The notes under the pieces: model-generated | The model's input: only the letters and a program-made list of their open reading frames with translations | What the model was told of the DNA's origin: nothing | Database searches by the model: none | Made by a program: the position numbers and the translations under genes | From: Octopus vulgaris | Lineage: Eukaryota | Assembly (NCBI GenBank): GCA_951406725.2 | Contig: OX597834.1 | Location: 45,942,001 to 46,006,000, forward strand | Direction of reading: 5' to 3' | DNA length: 64,000 nucleotides | Shown: positions 14,655 through 28,522 of the stretch, one piece after another | Layout: each line of letters begins with the position of its first letter | Position numbering within the stretch: position 1 is the stretch's first letter

Positions 14655-14709
14655 AGGTCAAGCTAGTGTCAAGATGGGATCAAGCTGAGGTCAAGCTGAG
14701 GTCAAACTG
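14655..14709 (+). repeat. 11-bp tandem repeat (AGGTCAAGCTG) x5 containing a perfect DR5 AGGTCA-N5-AGGTCA
   Basis: Units start at 14655, 14666, 14677, 14688 and 14699. DR5 at 14688-14704. Confidence 0.8.
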
Positions 14710-14771
14710 TAGTTAATCTGCAACACTTTGCGGTGCAACATGTTTGTGTTTTAACGTTTTTCTTTCATGCT

Positions 14772-14995
14772 TTACTTGTTACAGTCGTTTTACTGCGGTC
14801 ATACTGGTGCACCGCTTTCAGGGTATTAGTCAAAGAAATCGATATCAGTCAGTAAGTGTTGCTTCCTACTTTCTTTTTCTTTGTTTTAAGTCTGGTATTT
14901 TTATATTATCGGTTTGTTTTACCGAACATCAAAGACACTCGGACGTGAACAAACCAACGTCGATTGTGAAGCGGTGATAGGAGGACAAATACAAA
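14772..14995 (-). mobile_element. SINE family B 3' half, diverged
   Basis: Reverse complement of the family B tail (TGCGGTCATACTGGTGCACCGC..GGACGTGAACAAACCAACGTCGATTGTGAAGCG). Confidence 0.75.
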
Positions 14996-15097
14996 CGCAA
15001 AGATTACACGCTTGCATACACACACCTCATACATTCGCACAAGCAAGCACGCACAAACACAATCACACACACAAACATACACACATACGCATATATA

Positions 15098-15240
15098 TGG
15101 CCGTGTGGTAAGTAGCTTGCTTACGAACCACATGGTTCCAGATTCAGTCCCACTGCGTGCCACTTTGGACAAGTGTCTGCTACTATAGCCTCGGACCGAC
15201 CAAAGGCTTGTGAGTAGATTTGGTTGAAACGGAACCCGAA
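15098..15240 (+). mobile_element. SINE family B 5' part
   Basis: TGGCCGTGTGGTAAGTAGCTTGCTTACGAACCACATGGTTCCAGATTCAGTCCCACTGCGTG. Confidence 0.88.
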
Positions 15241-15430
15241 ACTACAAGTAACCCTCACCGCCAGAAGCCATGCATACGCCGTGTCCCAGTTTTGCTCATG
15301 TAATAGTGAACTTACGTACAACAATGTGGCCTAACTATCTCAACCTCAACCCACCCCAATTGCGGAAAATTTTACAATTGCGGCGTGACTCTGGAGCAAC
15401 ATTTCACTGTTTGGTATTGAATTAATCTAT

Positions 15431-15646
15431 AAGGCGGCGAGCTGGCAGAAACGTTAACACGCCGGGCGAAATGCTTTGCGGTATTTCGTCTGCCGCTATG
15501 TTCTGAGTCGACTTTGCTTTTCATCCTTTCGGGGTCGATTAAATAAGTACCAGTTACGCATTGGGGTCGATGTAATCAACTTAATCCGTTTGTCTGTCCT
15601 TGTTTGTCCTCTATGTGTTTACCCCCTTCTGGGTAGTAAAGAGATA
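15431..15646 (+). mobile_element. SINE family A with 18-bp target-site duplication
   Basis: GGTATTGAATTAATCTAT at 15413-15430 and at 15647-15664. Confidence 0.93.
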
Positions 15647-16295
15647 GGTATTGAATTAATCTATTGTAAAAATAAATGCTAAGCAACACATTTTCTTCCT
15701 CTTTGCGTTGTAAGTTCAAATATCTCTGAGAGTGAGTTTACTTTTAACGCTTTGGGATTAGATTTAGTAAACGTCACTCAATTAGTGGAGTGAATCCAAT
15801 CGAGTTAAATTCTTCCTCAAACTTGCTGGCCTTCTTCCAAAATTTGAAACACTCGCATTGCGATCGTGAATTGATCTGTAACAATACAGTGTTGACTAAA
15901 ATATCGCATCTAGACATTGCAGAAACCATTGCAATTTTAGCATAACGATGTAGTTATATGTCACGGTACGTGATATTGTATTAATTTGTTGAAGGTGAAT
16001 TGATCTATTACAGAGCAGTGTTGACCGATCTCTCCCAGTGAGAGCTTGCAGAAAATATCGCAACCATTCGCATTTGCCACGGTTTTGCGATGGTGAATGA
16101 ATCATTTATAATGTCGCTCTGACCAATCAGTCGTAACGTAAATCTCGGTAAATATATTCACATTTCGATATTAGATCACTGGCATAGATTGATTTTAGAT
16201 TTATCTAAGTCTGTATGTAGTTGGTTAATATTTCTTGACGCGAAGTAATCATGATGAAGCTAAATCAACCCAGGATAAAAATAGGTTAAATTAAG

Positions 16296-16328
<33 letters not shown>

Positions 16329-16844
16329 AATGTAGGTAAAGAAAATAATCATGACGTGCCCGCAGCAAATCATGACATACGCAGAGCAAATCTCGCTGCA
16401 ATAAGAGTCCATCATTCTGGTGGAGGAAAACCACGTGATTAAATAGTTTGCTTCTTAATTAGATCGTTCTCGTTCGATTACAACGTGGCGATATTTCAAG
16501 CAACTATTTTCTGTTGTGTGAGAAAGATAGAAAATAAAGTGAAACGAAAAGGAGTCAAGTCGCGCTGGAAGAATAAATGATCGCCTCGGGAAGCAAGGAC
16601 ATATTTGATAATATAGTCTCGAACAGATGAGATGTGAATAGAAGTAAAAAATAAGAGGAAGAGGATTATGGGTAAGAATCACAGGATTACTCTGTTGATA
16701 TACGTGTGTAATTGTTTGTGTGTGTGCATCATCTGTGTGTATGTTTGTGTGTGTATAGGTATATGTGCGCAAGGCTAGCTTGAGTCTGATGAGGCCAAAC
16801 AAGAAACTTCATTCATACAAAGGCAGGCAGGGTGACAGGGACAG

Positions 16845-16878
16845 ACAGACAGATATGTAGGTAGGTGAATAGATAGAT

Positions 16879-16925
<47 letters not shown>

Positions 16926-16931
16926 TAGATT

Positions 16932-16996
<65 letters not shown>

Positions 16997-17008
16997 GTAG
17001 ATATAGAC

Positions 17009-17071
<63 letters not shown>

Positions 17072-17072
17072 C

Positions 17073-17119
<47 letters not shown>

Positions 17120-17120
17120 G

Positions 17121-17189
<69 letters not shown>

Positions 17190-17218
17190 TAGATATAGAT
17201 AGATAGGTAGACAAATAT

Positions 17219-17262
<44 letters not shown>

Positions 17263-17305
17263 ATAGATATAAATTGATAGATACATAGATAGACAGACAG
17301 ACAGA
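16845..17305 (+). repeat. (GATA)n/(GACA)n array, about 450 bp
   Basis: Direct reading. Confidence 0.99.
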
Positions 17306-17639
17306 GAAACGGACAGGGAAAAGTTACATTTGACGATATTCATAAAGAAAAACAGATAAATCGGTCGTAAAATATTTCTGGCAAAGCTCCAGAATGGACA
17401 CTGCTGATGCACAATTGGTTCCACTTATAAATGTATTGTTACTCTTTATCTCGTTGCCAAATCCCCGTCGGCCAACAAATTGCTGTCTTGTAAAAGGTGG
17501 GGTGCAACAATATTTGATTTACGGTTAGTAATGTTTTCCCGTGACAAACAACAATCACACTTAAATACACACGATTATATATACGTATGTGTGTATGTAT
17601 GCATGTGCGAAAATAAGTATGCCGCTACGTAGGTACGTT

Positions 17640-17686
<47 letters not shown>

Positions 17687-17869
17687 TTGTGTTTGTGTGC
17701 GCGTGTATATGTTTATGTGTAGTGTATGTCATGCTGATATATATCTCAAATATATGTGTATCAGATTCTGAGTCTACGTGTGTCTATATATATATATATA
17801 TATATACATATCTATCTTTCAATCAATATATGTCTATATGCTATATGTGTGTGTGTGCCTGTGTCTGTA

Positions 17870-17920
<51 letters not shown>

Positions 17921-18225
17921 GCGTGTGTTATAACATTGTTATTTGCTTACTTACACAGCTTTACCACATTAGGCAGAGATAGAATTTCGCCACTGTATGT
18001 AAACGAGATTTGATTCAGTGATGTATGGCTTCCGCTTGAATGTCTTCTCTTGTTGACAAAAGTGGATAATTGAAGCTGTATGATAGAAGAGACTCAACAA
18101 AGAGGATTCCGCTACCTCTAACCCACTGGACTCCAGCTTTGAGGCCCCTAATTAACAGAGGACATGGTACACACTGGACGCAACCTATTCTATTACTCTG
18201 TGTAAGTGTTTATACATACACTTAC

Positions 18226-18372
18226 ATAGGCAGGAGTGGCTGTGTGGTAGGTAGCTTGCCTATCGACCACATAGTTCCGGGTTCAGTTCCACTGCGTGGC
18301 AAGTGTATTCTACTATAGCCTCCGGCAGACCAAACACTTGTGGGTGGATTTCGTAAACGGGAACTGAAAGAA
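18226..18372 (+). mobile_element. SINE family B 5' part
   Basis: GCAGGAGTGGCTGTGTGGTAGGTAGCTTGCC..CCGGGTTCAGTTCCACTGCGTGG. Confidence 0.88.
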
Positions 18373-18465
18373 TGTATGTATATGTTTGTGTGTCTGTGTA
18401 TATATACATTTACGTGTGAATATATATATGCATATTTATGTAAAGATGTACATATATACGTTTTT

Positions 18466-18504
<39 letters not shown>

Positions 18505-18545
18505 CATTCATATATATATATATATATACATTCATATATATATAT

Positions 18546-18626
<81 letters not shown>

Positions 18627-18733
18627 AAATGGGACAAGAACGCAAAACATCCGGACAACTAGGTGATACTAAAAGAGACAACAAAACAGAAAGACGATAC
18701 ACATTTATATATAGCGGCGTACGTATACTTTGT

Positions 18734-18791
<58 letters not shown>

Positions 18792-18804
<13 letters not shown>

Positions 18805-19037
18805 TTCGAGACAAAACCACTATTTTGCAAAACAAACAAGGAAAGACTTAATCAATACATAAAAATTTTTAATATATATTAAAAATGTTTATGTATTGAT
18901 TAAGTCTTTCCTTGTTTGTTTTGCAAAATAGTGGTTTTGTCTCGAATTAATATTATATAATATTTTACTATAAAATTGGATTTAATCCTAAATCTGATTT
19001 TTTCCCTGTAAATTTGGATTTATTCCCTAATATTTAT

Positions 19038-19040
<3 letters not shown>
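18792..19040. repeat. Loop-less palindrome (84-bp arms) plus one-sided tail in (TA)n
   Basis: 18792-18959 is symmetric about 18875/18876 with one mismatch. Contains AAAACCACTA. Tail 18960-19040 runs into (TA)n. Confidence 0.92.
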
Positions 19041-19087
<47 letters not shown>

Positions 19088-19131
19088 GGAGAGAGTGAGA
19101 GAGAGAGAGAGAAAGAGAGAGAGATAAATAA

Positions 19132-19215
<84 letters not shown>

Positions 19216-19892
19216 GTAGGTAGGTAGGTAGGTAAATAAGCATATAGATACACTAATGCAGTCAACACAGATTTTAATGATTGACAATGACGTGAAATGA
19301 TGACCAACACCCACAAGTATTGTTTTCGTTATTCTGAATCGATTCCGTGACAGGTTTCATAGAAATATTGTTCTGTCGGTAGCAGAGTTTCTGTCGGAAA
19401 CTAGACATTCAAGAATTCATAGTTCCAGCCAAAATATTACAAAACATAATGCAAATTTATGAGGTAGCGACACATATTCTTCGAATTTGTAAGGAATATG
19501 CAGCCTAAGCCACACTTTCTCTCTTTCTCTCTCGACCCCGCCCCCTCTCTCACTCTCAAATGTATTCAAATATGTTTGCATGTATACTTCTTTTTGAATG
19601 TATGTTCATATATTTATATTATATATCTGGCGGAGATCCTTATACAGAAAATTCGCTATTGACCCTGATAAACACTTTTCTCTTTCTGTTTTTCTTTTTT
19701 TATTTCTTTTTCCCTTTCGCTCTTTGTCTTGGATTATGTCTCTCTCAATTTGTCTCTATACTCGCCATATGTGTTCACTTGTTCTTTTTTTTTACTTCTT
19801 ATCATAGAATCTCTTCATATACATCTGGGAGGGAATTTTCCACCTTAAACTCCCGAATACATTCATGGCCTCTTCGATTGGAATGCTTTTCT

Positions 19893-19943
<51 letters not shown>

Positions 19944-19951
<8 letters not shown>

Positions 19952-20175
19952 GGGCTAAAAACCACTATGTGGACAGCCATATGCTAGAAGTAGATCACAT
20001 ACGATCGTATGTGATCTAATTCTAGCATATCGCTGCCCACATAGTGGTTTTTGGCCCTAAATATACACATGTATTGGAATTTTCTCTGATTTTTCAGATT
20101 TTTGTATGCTAGGCTACAGGTTTTAAATTGATATTAATTAAATTAATATTTAATTTATCTACCTCATTATTTAAA
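19944..20175. repeat. Loop-less palindrome (61-bp arms) plus one-sided tail in (TA)n
   Basis: 19944-20065 is symmetric about 20004/20005 with 4 mismatches. Arm TTTAGGG..ACCACTA..GTGGACAGCC.TATGCTAGA and the tail are homologous to the 13324 element. Confidence 0.92.
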
Positions 20176-21084
20176 TATATATATATATATATATATCCAG
20201 TGGGGGAGCCTAGGTTAGAAACAAGCTCTTTCTCTATGGACCAGAAATCTTGAAATAAAACTGAACAATGACATACATACATACGTACATACATACATAC
20301 ATACATACATACATGCATACATACATATATACATGCATACATACATACATATATACATACATACATACATGCATACATGCATACATGCATACATGCATGC
20401 ATGCATATAGGCATGCATACCGAGACTAACATTCCAGCAATAAAATCAAGTTCACAAAGTAATATCTTTTGCGAGGAAGTGAGATCGAAGCGACATCACA
20501 TACACCTGGAAGGTTTTAATCCAACATGCTACTTAACCATATCGCCATTCCTGTGACCACATAAATCAGATCTTATGTTGACATAACACTTGATAAATGT
20601 AATTCTATATCCACAAGTAAATAACTAAAATATAAGATTACAAATAAAACATCGCAGAGCAGAGAAACTAGAGAAGTTAGCTGTCGTACTTGAGTTTTTA
20701 CTGGATCTGTATATTTAGTTAAACAATGACCATTTTGACGTGTTAACGGGGGAATTGCAACTTCGCAATGGCCGTCTCAAATTTTATAGCCGTTAACAGT
20801 GGCTTCTGTTTCTTTTTTTTTTCCTTTCATTTATTTTCTTGCGTGTAATTTTGTTAGATTTTCGCGTATATATTTTTATATTTTTCTCTCCTTTCCTTTT
20901 CGTGGATTTGATATTTGCTTTGTAGATTTATGCTGACGAATAATTTATTTGTTGAAGCCCTTCGTCTGTTGTTGACTAGTTTTATTACTGTTTGCTGTTT
21001 ATTGTCGTTGCTTTCGTTGCCACTGTCCTTGTTGCTTTTGTTGTTATTGTTGTTGAGGTTTTTGTTTTTCTTGTTGTTTTGTCG

Positions 21085-21115
<31 letters not shown>

Positions 21116-21433
21116 GTTTATCTTTTGAGATTGTAGTTATTTAATGTTCCGTGTCAAGTCTATTTACCGTTCGTTTATTTTCCGATGATATTCAAACCTA
21201 CCTCTGAATAGTTTGATGTGGTTTCGTTCAAGATACTGAAATTTCCATTTTCACTCTATTTCTCATTCACTACGACCCATTTCCATTCAATCCGCTTCTT
21301 TTGCTTCCTTCTAACTCTTTATAACTCTTTCGATAACTCGATGTTATCAAGTGTTTATTATTATATACGTACGCCTATTTCATTCTTAGATATATATTAT
21401 ATGAACCTACGAATACAAACTTACATAAACATG

Positions 21434-21464
<31 letters not shown>

Positions 21465-21714
21465 TTGTGTGTGCGTGTGTGTATAAAATATTTAATTCAG
21501 AATCACTTTATTTTATTCACACACATAAGTATCTTCGAGGTCTTAATTCTAAGTGACTGGCCACAGTTTCCTTTGAACTTGTCGACTCATGTGAGTGTGA
21601 ATGTCTACGTGTATGTGTATATGTGTATGTATGTATGTATGTATGTATGTATGTATGCGTGTGCGCACGTGTATGTGTGCATTTTTCTATGTATACGGAT
21701 ACATAGATAAATAG

Positions 21715-21750
<36 letters not shown>

Positions 21751-22274
21751 AGTATACATGTATATGCGTATATACATATGTATATGTGTGTTTGTGTGCA
21801 TGTTTGTTTGTGTGTGTTTGTGTGAATGTGTGTGTATATGTGTTGTTTCTACATGTGAGTGGATTTATCATCTTACCTTCTTATTTATTTGTAAACAGAT
21901 ATAAAATATCTACATTTGCCAAGCGCAATAAGTACCGCGATGTTCATCTTATGCTTTCTGCGTAGTTGCGTAGCTATGGAGTCAATCCTTACATATATAA
22001 AAAATAATAGTCATTTTATATCTTGTACAACGAAGCTTCACATCTTGAGATATCAAGCGGTATAAAAATCCTGCATAGATGCAACTGTCACGTACACCTA
22101 TGTTTACTTTTTCGTTTCCTTGTAACCCAGGACACACAAAGAAACCAAATAACAAATTCATTAACCCGTCTCCTCCCTAATCACACACGTATTTTCCCCC
22201 TAATATTTCATTTCCTTGTTGGAACGGATTGAATTATCAGCTACCTCCAAGAGGATATATATATATATATATAT

Positions 22275-22358
<84 letters not shown>

Positions 22359-22530
22359 AGTTCAATTTGACAACTCCACTAGATTGGACGAAAGCGCTGA
22401 TATATGATATATGATATATGATGTATAAAACACGTAATATACAAATAAATATCTGTAAATATAAAACCATCCGAATTTCTGAGTACCTCATTTCTTCTAA
22501 TATAAAATACCTGTACATCATCTCCAAACC

Positions 22531-22578
<48 letters not shown>

Positions 22579-22861
22579 AAAAATAAAAAGATATATATAT
22601 ATATATATATATATATCTTACAGCATGATCTCAGAGCAATCTTATGTTGTTTGCCGCCATAGATATCTGCATGCACTCATGTACGGGTATGTGTTCTCTC
22701 TCTCACTTCCTCTGAGTATATATACATACATGCAGACGCACAAACACACACACACATGCGTACACACACGCACACACACACGCATATCTATATATATGTA
22801 TGAATGTAAACATGTATATGCATGTGTCTTTATGTATGTAGATAGGAGTTTTATATATATT

Positions 22862-23025
22862 AGCAGGGACAGTATTGCACTAACGATTGCGAGATCTTGG
22901 TTTCGATTCCCGGTCCGGACGTTACGTTGTGTTCCTAAGTAATTTCACGTCGCTCTGTGATCATTTCGTCATCGGACATGTGGCACATATTGCACTACTA
23001 CAAATAATATCGATTTGATGGGAGG
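22862..23025 (+). mobile_element. tRNA-headed SINE family C, diverged
   Basis: TTGCACTAACGAT..GGTTTCGATTCCC B-box, then ATTTCACGTCGCTC. Homologous to 33742 and 60788. Confidence 0.6.
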
Positions 23026-23427
23026 AAAAATTGCCGAACCACCGTACGTCGTCCAACGACGTGAGAGTCCTTCTTCTACACACCCGAGAGAGCGAATATA
23101 TCAGATCTCAAATTTTGTCTCCAACCTTGTTGCAGAGAGGCTCCTAACCCTGAAGTAGCGAAAGAAAAGTAAAATGTATAAACCATTTTTTCGTATTCTT
23201 TCCTATAACTTATAGTCTTTCGGCTTAAAATAAAAAAAACAAATGCTATTTACATTTCTGCAAACACATACGCACATATGCTCACACAAACACGCACCTA
23301 CACACACACACACACACATACGCACGAACACACACGCATATACGCAGACAAACACCCACATTAATATACATATAAAGGTAGCTTGGTATTTAGAAAGACA
23401 GGTATATAAAAAGATGCACTGATACTA

Positions 23428-23474
<47 letters not shown>

Positions 23475-23526
23475 TATATAATATAAAAGTATATAAATAT
23501 AAATGTATAATATCTAACCATGATCG

Positions 23527-23710
<184 letters not shown>

Positions 23711-24215
23711 ATATGCATATATATATATATACATACATACATACATACATACATACAAATGTATATGTCACATTTATACGAACTCGTATATCTCAATATC
23801 GCATTATACGAGATAAAGTAAGAACGTATATATGTTTGCGTATATGTACGTGTATAGATTTACCTATCAAAATCCTATTGTTCCTACACAAAAGAATGAT
23901 GCCTGTCAGTTATAAAAACTCATGATCAATCAAATCCTATCTCTGCACTTTACGCATGCGCACTCCGCACTCCATTAGATATCATAAACCGACAAAATAA
24001 TAAATCTGCTTCTCTGATCTCAGTTACCCTCCGTTCTAAAAATGTTTATGTTTATGTGTAACATGATTGGATGAAAATAATCTCCTTCTGCATACAGTGC
24101 CACTATTGTGCAATGTAGATTGTTCTGAGTTTTCTGATTTATTCATACCCAGGGATACGGATACGCACATATACGCAGACACCAATTCTATATATAAATA
24201 TATATATATAAATAC

Positions 24216-24262
<47 letters not shown>

Positions 24263-24503
24263 TGTGTGTGTGTATGTGTGTGTGTGCTTGTGCATGCTTG
24301 TTGTGTTTTTGTGTATGGGTCTATATGTGTGTCTGTGTATATATGTTTGTGTATGTGTATATATATGTATGTGTGTGAATACACACATATAAACGTATAT
24401 GCATGAAGATATACACACACATACATACATCTTGCATACATGAATATATGTATATATACATATATATACATCTATGCATATTTTATATATATATATATAT
24501 ATT

Positions 24504-24552
<49 letters not shown>

Positions 24553-24647
24553 TCATATATGTATACATAAATACATACACATACATACATACATACCCAC
24601 ATACATATACAAATATATATTTATGTGTATCTTTTTTCTCTTTATAT

Positions 24648-24695
<48 letters not shown>

Positions 24696-25570
24696 ATATA
24701 TATATGCATATATGTGTGTATTTACCTTAGATTTTATTTTAGTTTCTATCTAAGTTTTTCCGCCTTAATAAGCTTATGCTTATTTTCTGTACCTGAAGTT
24801 CTATATTTTTGTCATATATGTTGTGCGATGTTCTTTTGTGATAAAATGAATGTCTTTGTCTCTTAGGAGTAGAGAGAAAGGGAGAGGGTTCAAAGACAGG
24901 AGAAAAGAGATAGAGAGACAAATGAAGTTATTTCGTAAACGAAATAGACAAACGAGGCTATTTCATAAGCGAAATACAGAAATATATGGCTAGATAAGAG
25001 AAGAAGGAATTTGGATTGTTAATCTGTTTGTAGTTTTAGTTGGGTTAATGTGGTATGGTGTGAAACAGCCCATAGAGATTTAACGGATCCGAAATAATTT
25101 GGTGAATGGAAATTTTACGAAACGTCAGTTTTAGGCGCAATGACGCTTCGTGTTCCAGTATTCAATTCCACGATGTAAAGTGGATGTGTTGCTAATATAT
25201 TTTTGATTAGGTCCCAGTCTAAGACAAGTGATTAAAATTCATTCAAAACTTTGCCGTCTCATTGTTTTTGTGGGTGTTTTGTATTTTCGTTTTTCACGAA
25301 TTGTATAGAGGTGTTACATCTAAAAGCATCGTGAAAATTGACAGACGGCAACATGTGTTTCACAAACATGTTTTTTTAATGATCTTGAGAACATACTTAC
25401 AAGCCTTCGTAAACAATGAGAGTGCTTCTTGGTTGCCATATTCAGATGAGATCGTTTATTCGTTTTCACAATTGTTCACCGCGCAGTCTCTAACATTTGT
25501 ACTGCGAAGAAGTAGACACGAGACCTAAGATTCCTAGCCTGCGCATAATCAGTCCCCAACTGTATGATGG

Positions 25571-25620
25571 TGCATACAGTAGATTACTAGTAGGCATATA
25601 CAGTAGATTACTAGTAGGCA
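25571..25620 (+). repeat. 24-bp tandem duplication (ATACAGTAGATTACTAGTAGGCA)
   Basis: Two adjacent near-identical copies. Confidence 0.9.
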
Positions 25621-26802
25621 AAAAATACACCGCGATACTGTAATATATTTTTAGATGTTCTAACAATTTTTCGGCGTTTCTCTGGAGAAGCACAAGAAAG
25701 TCACTTGAGATCGCGAGATCAAGGCTAAAATGCCATGAGCTGTGTTACATTGTAAACTAGGACGGTGGTGTCGGGTGTTAGAAGATCCTGCTTGTAAATC
25801 AGCGCGAATTTTAATAGGTTCTCGAAAATCAGTGTCAAGAAAATAGGTGGTGTGTCTGCATAATACGGGATGTGTACGAGAATAATTCAACATGGAAGGA
25901 GTGTAGTGCGTGGGGAATAGTGAGAGAGGGGCATTGCGTGTTGGCATAGAGTTATGAGTGATGTGTGATGAGTGACTGGGATTAGAGTATTGTGGTGTGG
26001 AGTGAAATAGAGGAATATGGAGGAAAACTGAAGTGCAATGACAAACAGACACACTGATCGCTTCTGTCTTCCGCAGTCTGACGCTACCACAATCACACTG
26101 ACATAAACCCCACATTAGACAGGTGTACATCTGCATAAAACTACTGTCGCCACCACCACCAGCACTACTACCATCAACTCAACCCCTACCAGTATCATAT
26201 ACCACCATCACTATCATTGTCGTCATCACTAACATCATAACAAACACCATTATCACCATGTCAACCGCTTTCACTACCACTACTATACCACGCCACCCCG
26301 CACCCACTACAGCTACAACTGAACAACCACCACCACCGCTATCATCACCACCAATACGACCACAATAACAGCCACCACTGCCATCAACTATCACCACCGC
26401 CATCACCACCATCAATACCATCACCACCACCACCAACATGCTAACAACTTTTACAGTCAACACAACCAGCTTCAACATCAATTCCACTATTATCACCACC
26501 AGGACCACCACCAACGATAACACTATTACCACCACCACCACTCTGCTTGTGCCATTCCTGTTGCGCTTTCATTCTTGCACAGAACTGTTAAACGCTAATC
26601 CAAATGTAATTGGTTCTCTGCAAAACAATAATGTAATTGCAGAAAGTAATTTCGGAAAAAGTTTTCCTAATTACGTCAACAGTTCTTAATGAAGTTTTGT
26701 AATGACATTGGGACCCTTGTGAGACAAATCAAATTAATTAGGTGAGAGGAAAAGTTCTCTTTTCAAATATCTACACATCACCAAATCTACTGAGACTGTA
26801 TA

Positions 26803-26845
<43 letters not shown>

Positions 26846-28069
26846 AATATATACATATATATACATATATATATGTTTTTATATATATATATTGTATGTG
26901 TGTATGTATATATATATATATACATACATATTTACAGGTATACCATATATATTTATATGTGTGTGTCTATATATGTAATACCATATATATATATGTTTGT
27001 ATATATGTGTGTGTATTAGTTGGACATGCATTCACATATGCATGTGCATACATATGTATCAGGAAGGATCCAAGTCCTCATGCATAACATCTATAACAAA
27101 TGTATGGTATAGGTGCACGCCTCATGAAACAAACCCTCACACATATGCACATATACACATATACACATATGTATATTAATATATAGATTTGTATATATAG
27201 ACTTATTCATATATATATATATATATATATGTACATATTTTTATATATATATTTGCGTGCGTACATTTATACATACATATATACATACATTCGTGCATAC
27301 ATCAATCATTATATACATATATAGAAACATGCATACACACATACCGACACGCAGCCCTACATGCACACAGAAAGAAACAACCATCTCTTTTGGCCATATT
27401 GCGCACTTAGGCCTATGCTAATTATGTAAGTAAACGTATTTCGGAAAGCAATTTTCTAATTGTGTATTTTGTATATTTATATAAAATTAAGACATGTTCA
27501 CAATTCAATTTTACTTGCTATTTACTTTACTTAAACTTGTTCATTATTTCTCACTCAAACTTGGCTATTAATATCTGGTCTATATTGCTTCACACTTTAC
27601 AGTGAAAATTTACGAACTAGAAATACATTTTCAACACCTTAGTTACTCTCCACATTTATCTGATACCTGAATAGAAAGACAGGCACAGTTGTGGGATTCA
27701 GAATTTCACTCTCAAATTACTTTAGCTTCGAATTTAGTTCCAGTTCGTGGCACCATGAGCGCGTCAGGCGTTTTGCTTTGCAACTGGGAACTAAATCATA
27801 TCTTGATGTCTAGTGAGAGAATTTGGTGGACGCGAAAACAGGCTATTTTCTTACAGTGGAAAACATTTGACAAATTCTTTATCAGTTTCAGTTACCATTC
27901 ATCAGAGAGTCTGCGGAACAATAACATGAAACTCTGAGGAGCAGCTTAACGGATATATTTATTCTTCTTTGGCTTTTATGAAAAATCATTTTTTCTCCAC
28001 CTTTTGTCATTTGTGTATCATTCTTACCAAATTGTTTTGCACCTATGACCTCACTTGTAAATATTATGT

Positions 28070-28116
<47 letters not shown>

Positions 28117-28405
28117 GGGTCTATTATATACGACTTGACAACAGTGTTTTCTTATTTCTTCTCTAGGCAAAAGATGCTGGTACAACAACCACCAGACCTA
28201 TTTCACTTGTTCTTGTACATTTAAAGGATGAACTTCAGTGCGATCGCAGAATATTTTCCTGTGTACGAGTGTGAGTGCGAATGTAGGAACTGTTCCTCTC
28301 TGTGTGGTGCGTGCATGTGTTTGTGCTTGTTATCTATTTAAAAATATGTGAAGTTTTTTTTTCCAGCGTATCCGTTCTATAGAGGCTGAGAATATAAGAT
28401 GATAC

Positions 28406-28522
28406 GGGCGGCGAGCTGGCAGAATCGTTAGCACGCCGGGCGAAATGCTTAGCAATATTTCGTCTGCCGTTACATTCAGAGTTCAAATTCCGCCGAGGTT
28501 GACTTTGCTGTTCATCCTTTCG
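28406..28522 (+). mobile_element. SINE family A 5' part
   Basis: GGCGGCGAGCTGGCAGAATCGTTAGCACGCCGGGCGAAATGC..GAGTTCAAATTCCGCCGAGG. Confidence 0.9.

Noticed and set aside
15243-15410. Possible Tigger-like MITE interrupting SINE B
   Set aside because: TIRs are not convincingly complementary.
16782-16815. CTGATGA-GGCC..GAAA hammerhead-like core
   Set aside because: Helix II does not pair and helix III is too short; counted only as a weak candidate.
26123-26541. Thr/Pro-rich mucin-like ORFs (also 52133-52568)
   Set aside because: Degenerate (CAC)/(CAT)n repeats with no exon boundaries.
27870-27910. Minus-strand CTGATGAATGGTAACTGAAACT resembling the 46801 core
   Set aside because: Helices I and III are not formed; cannot be distinguished from chance by eye.
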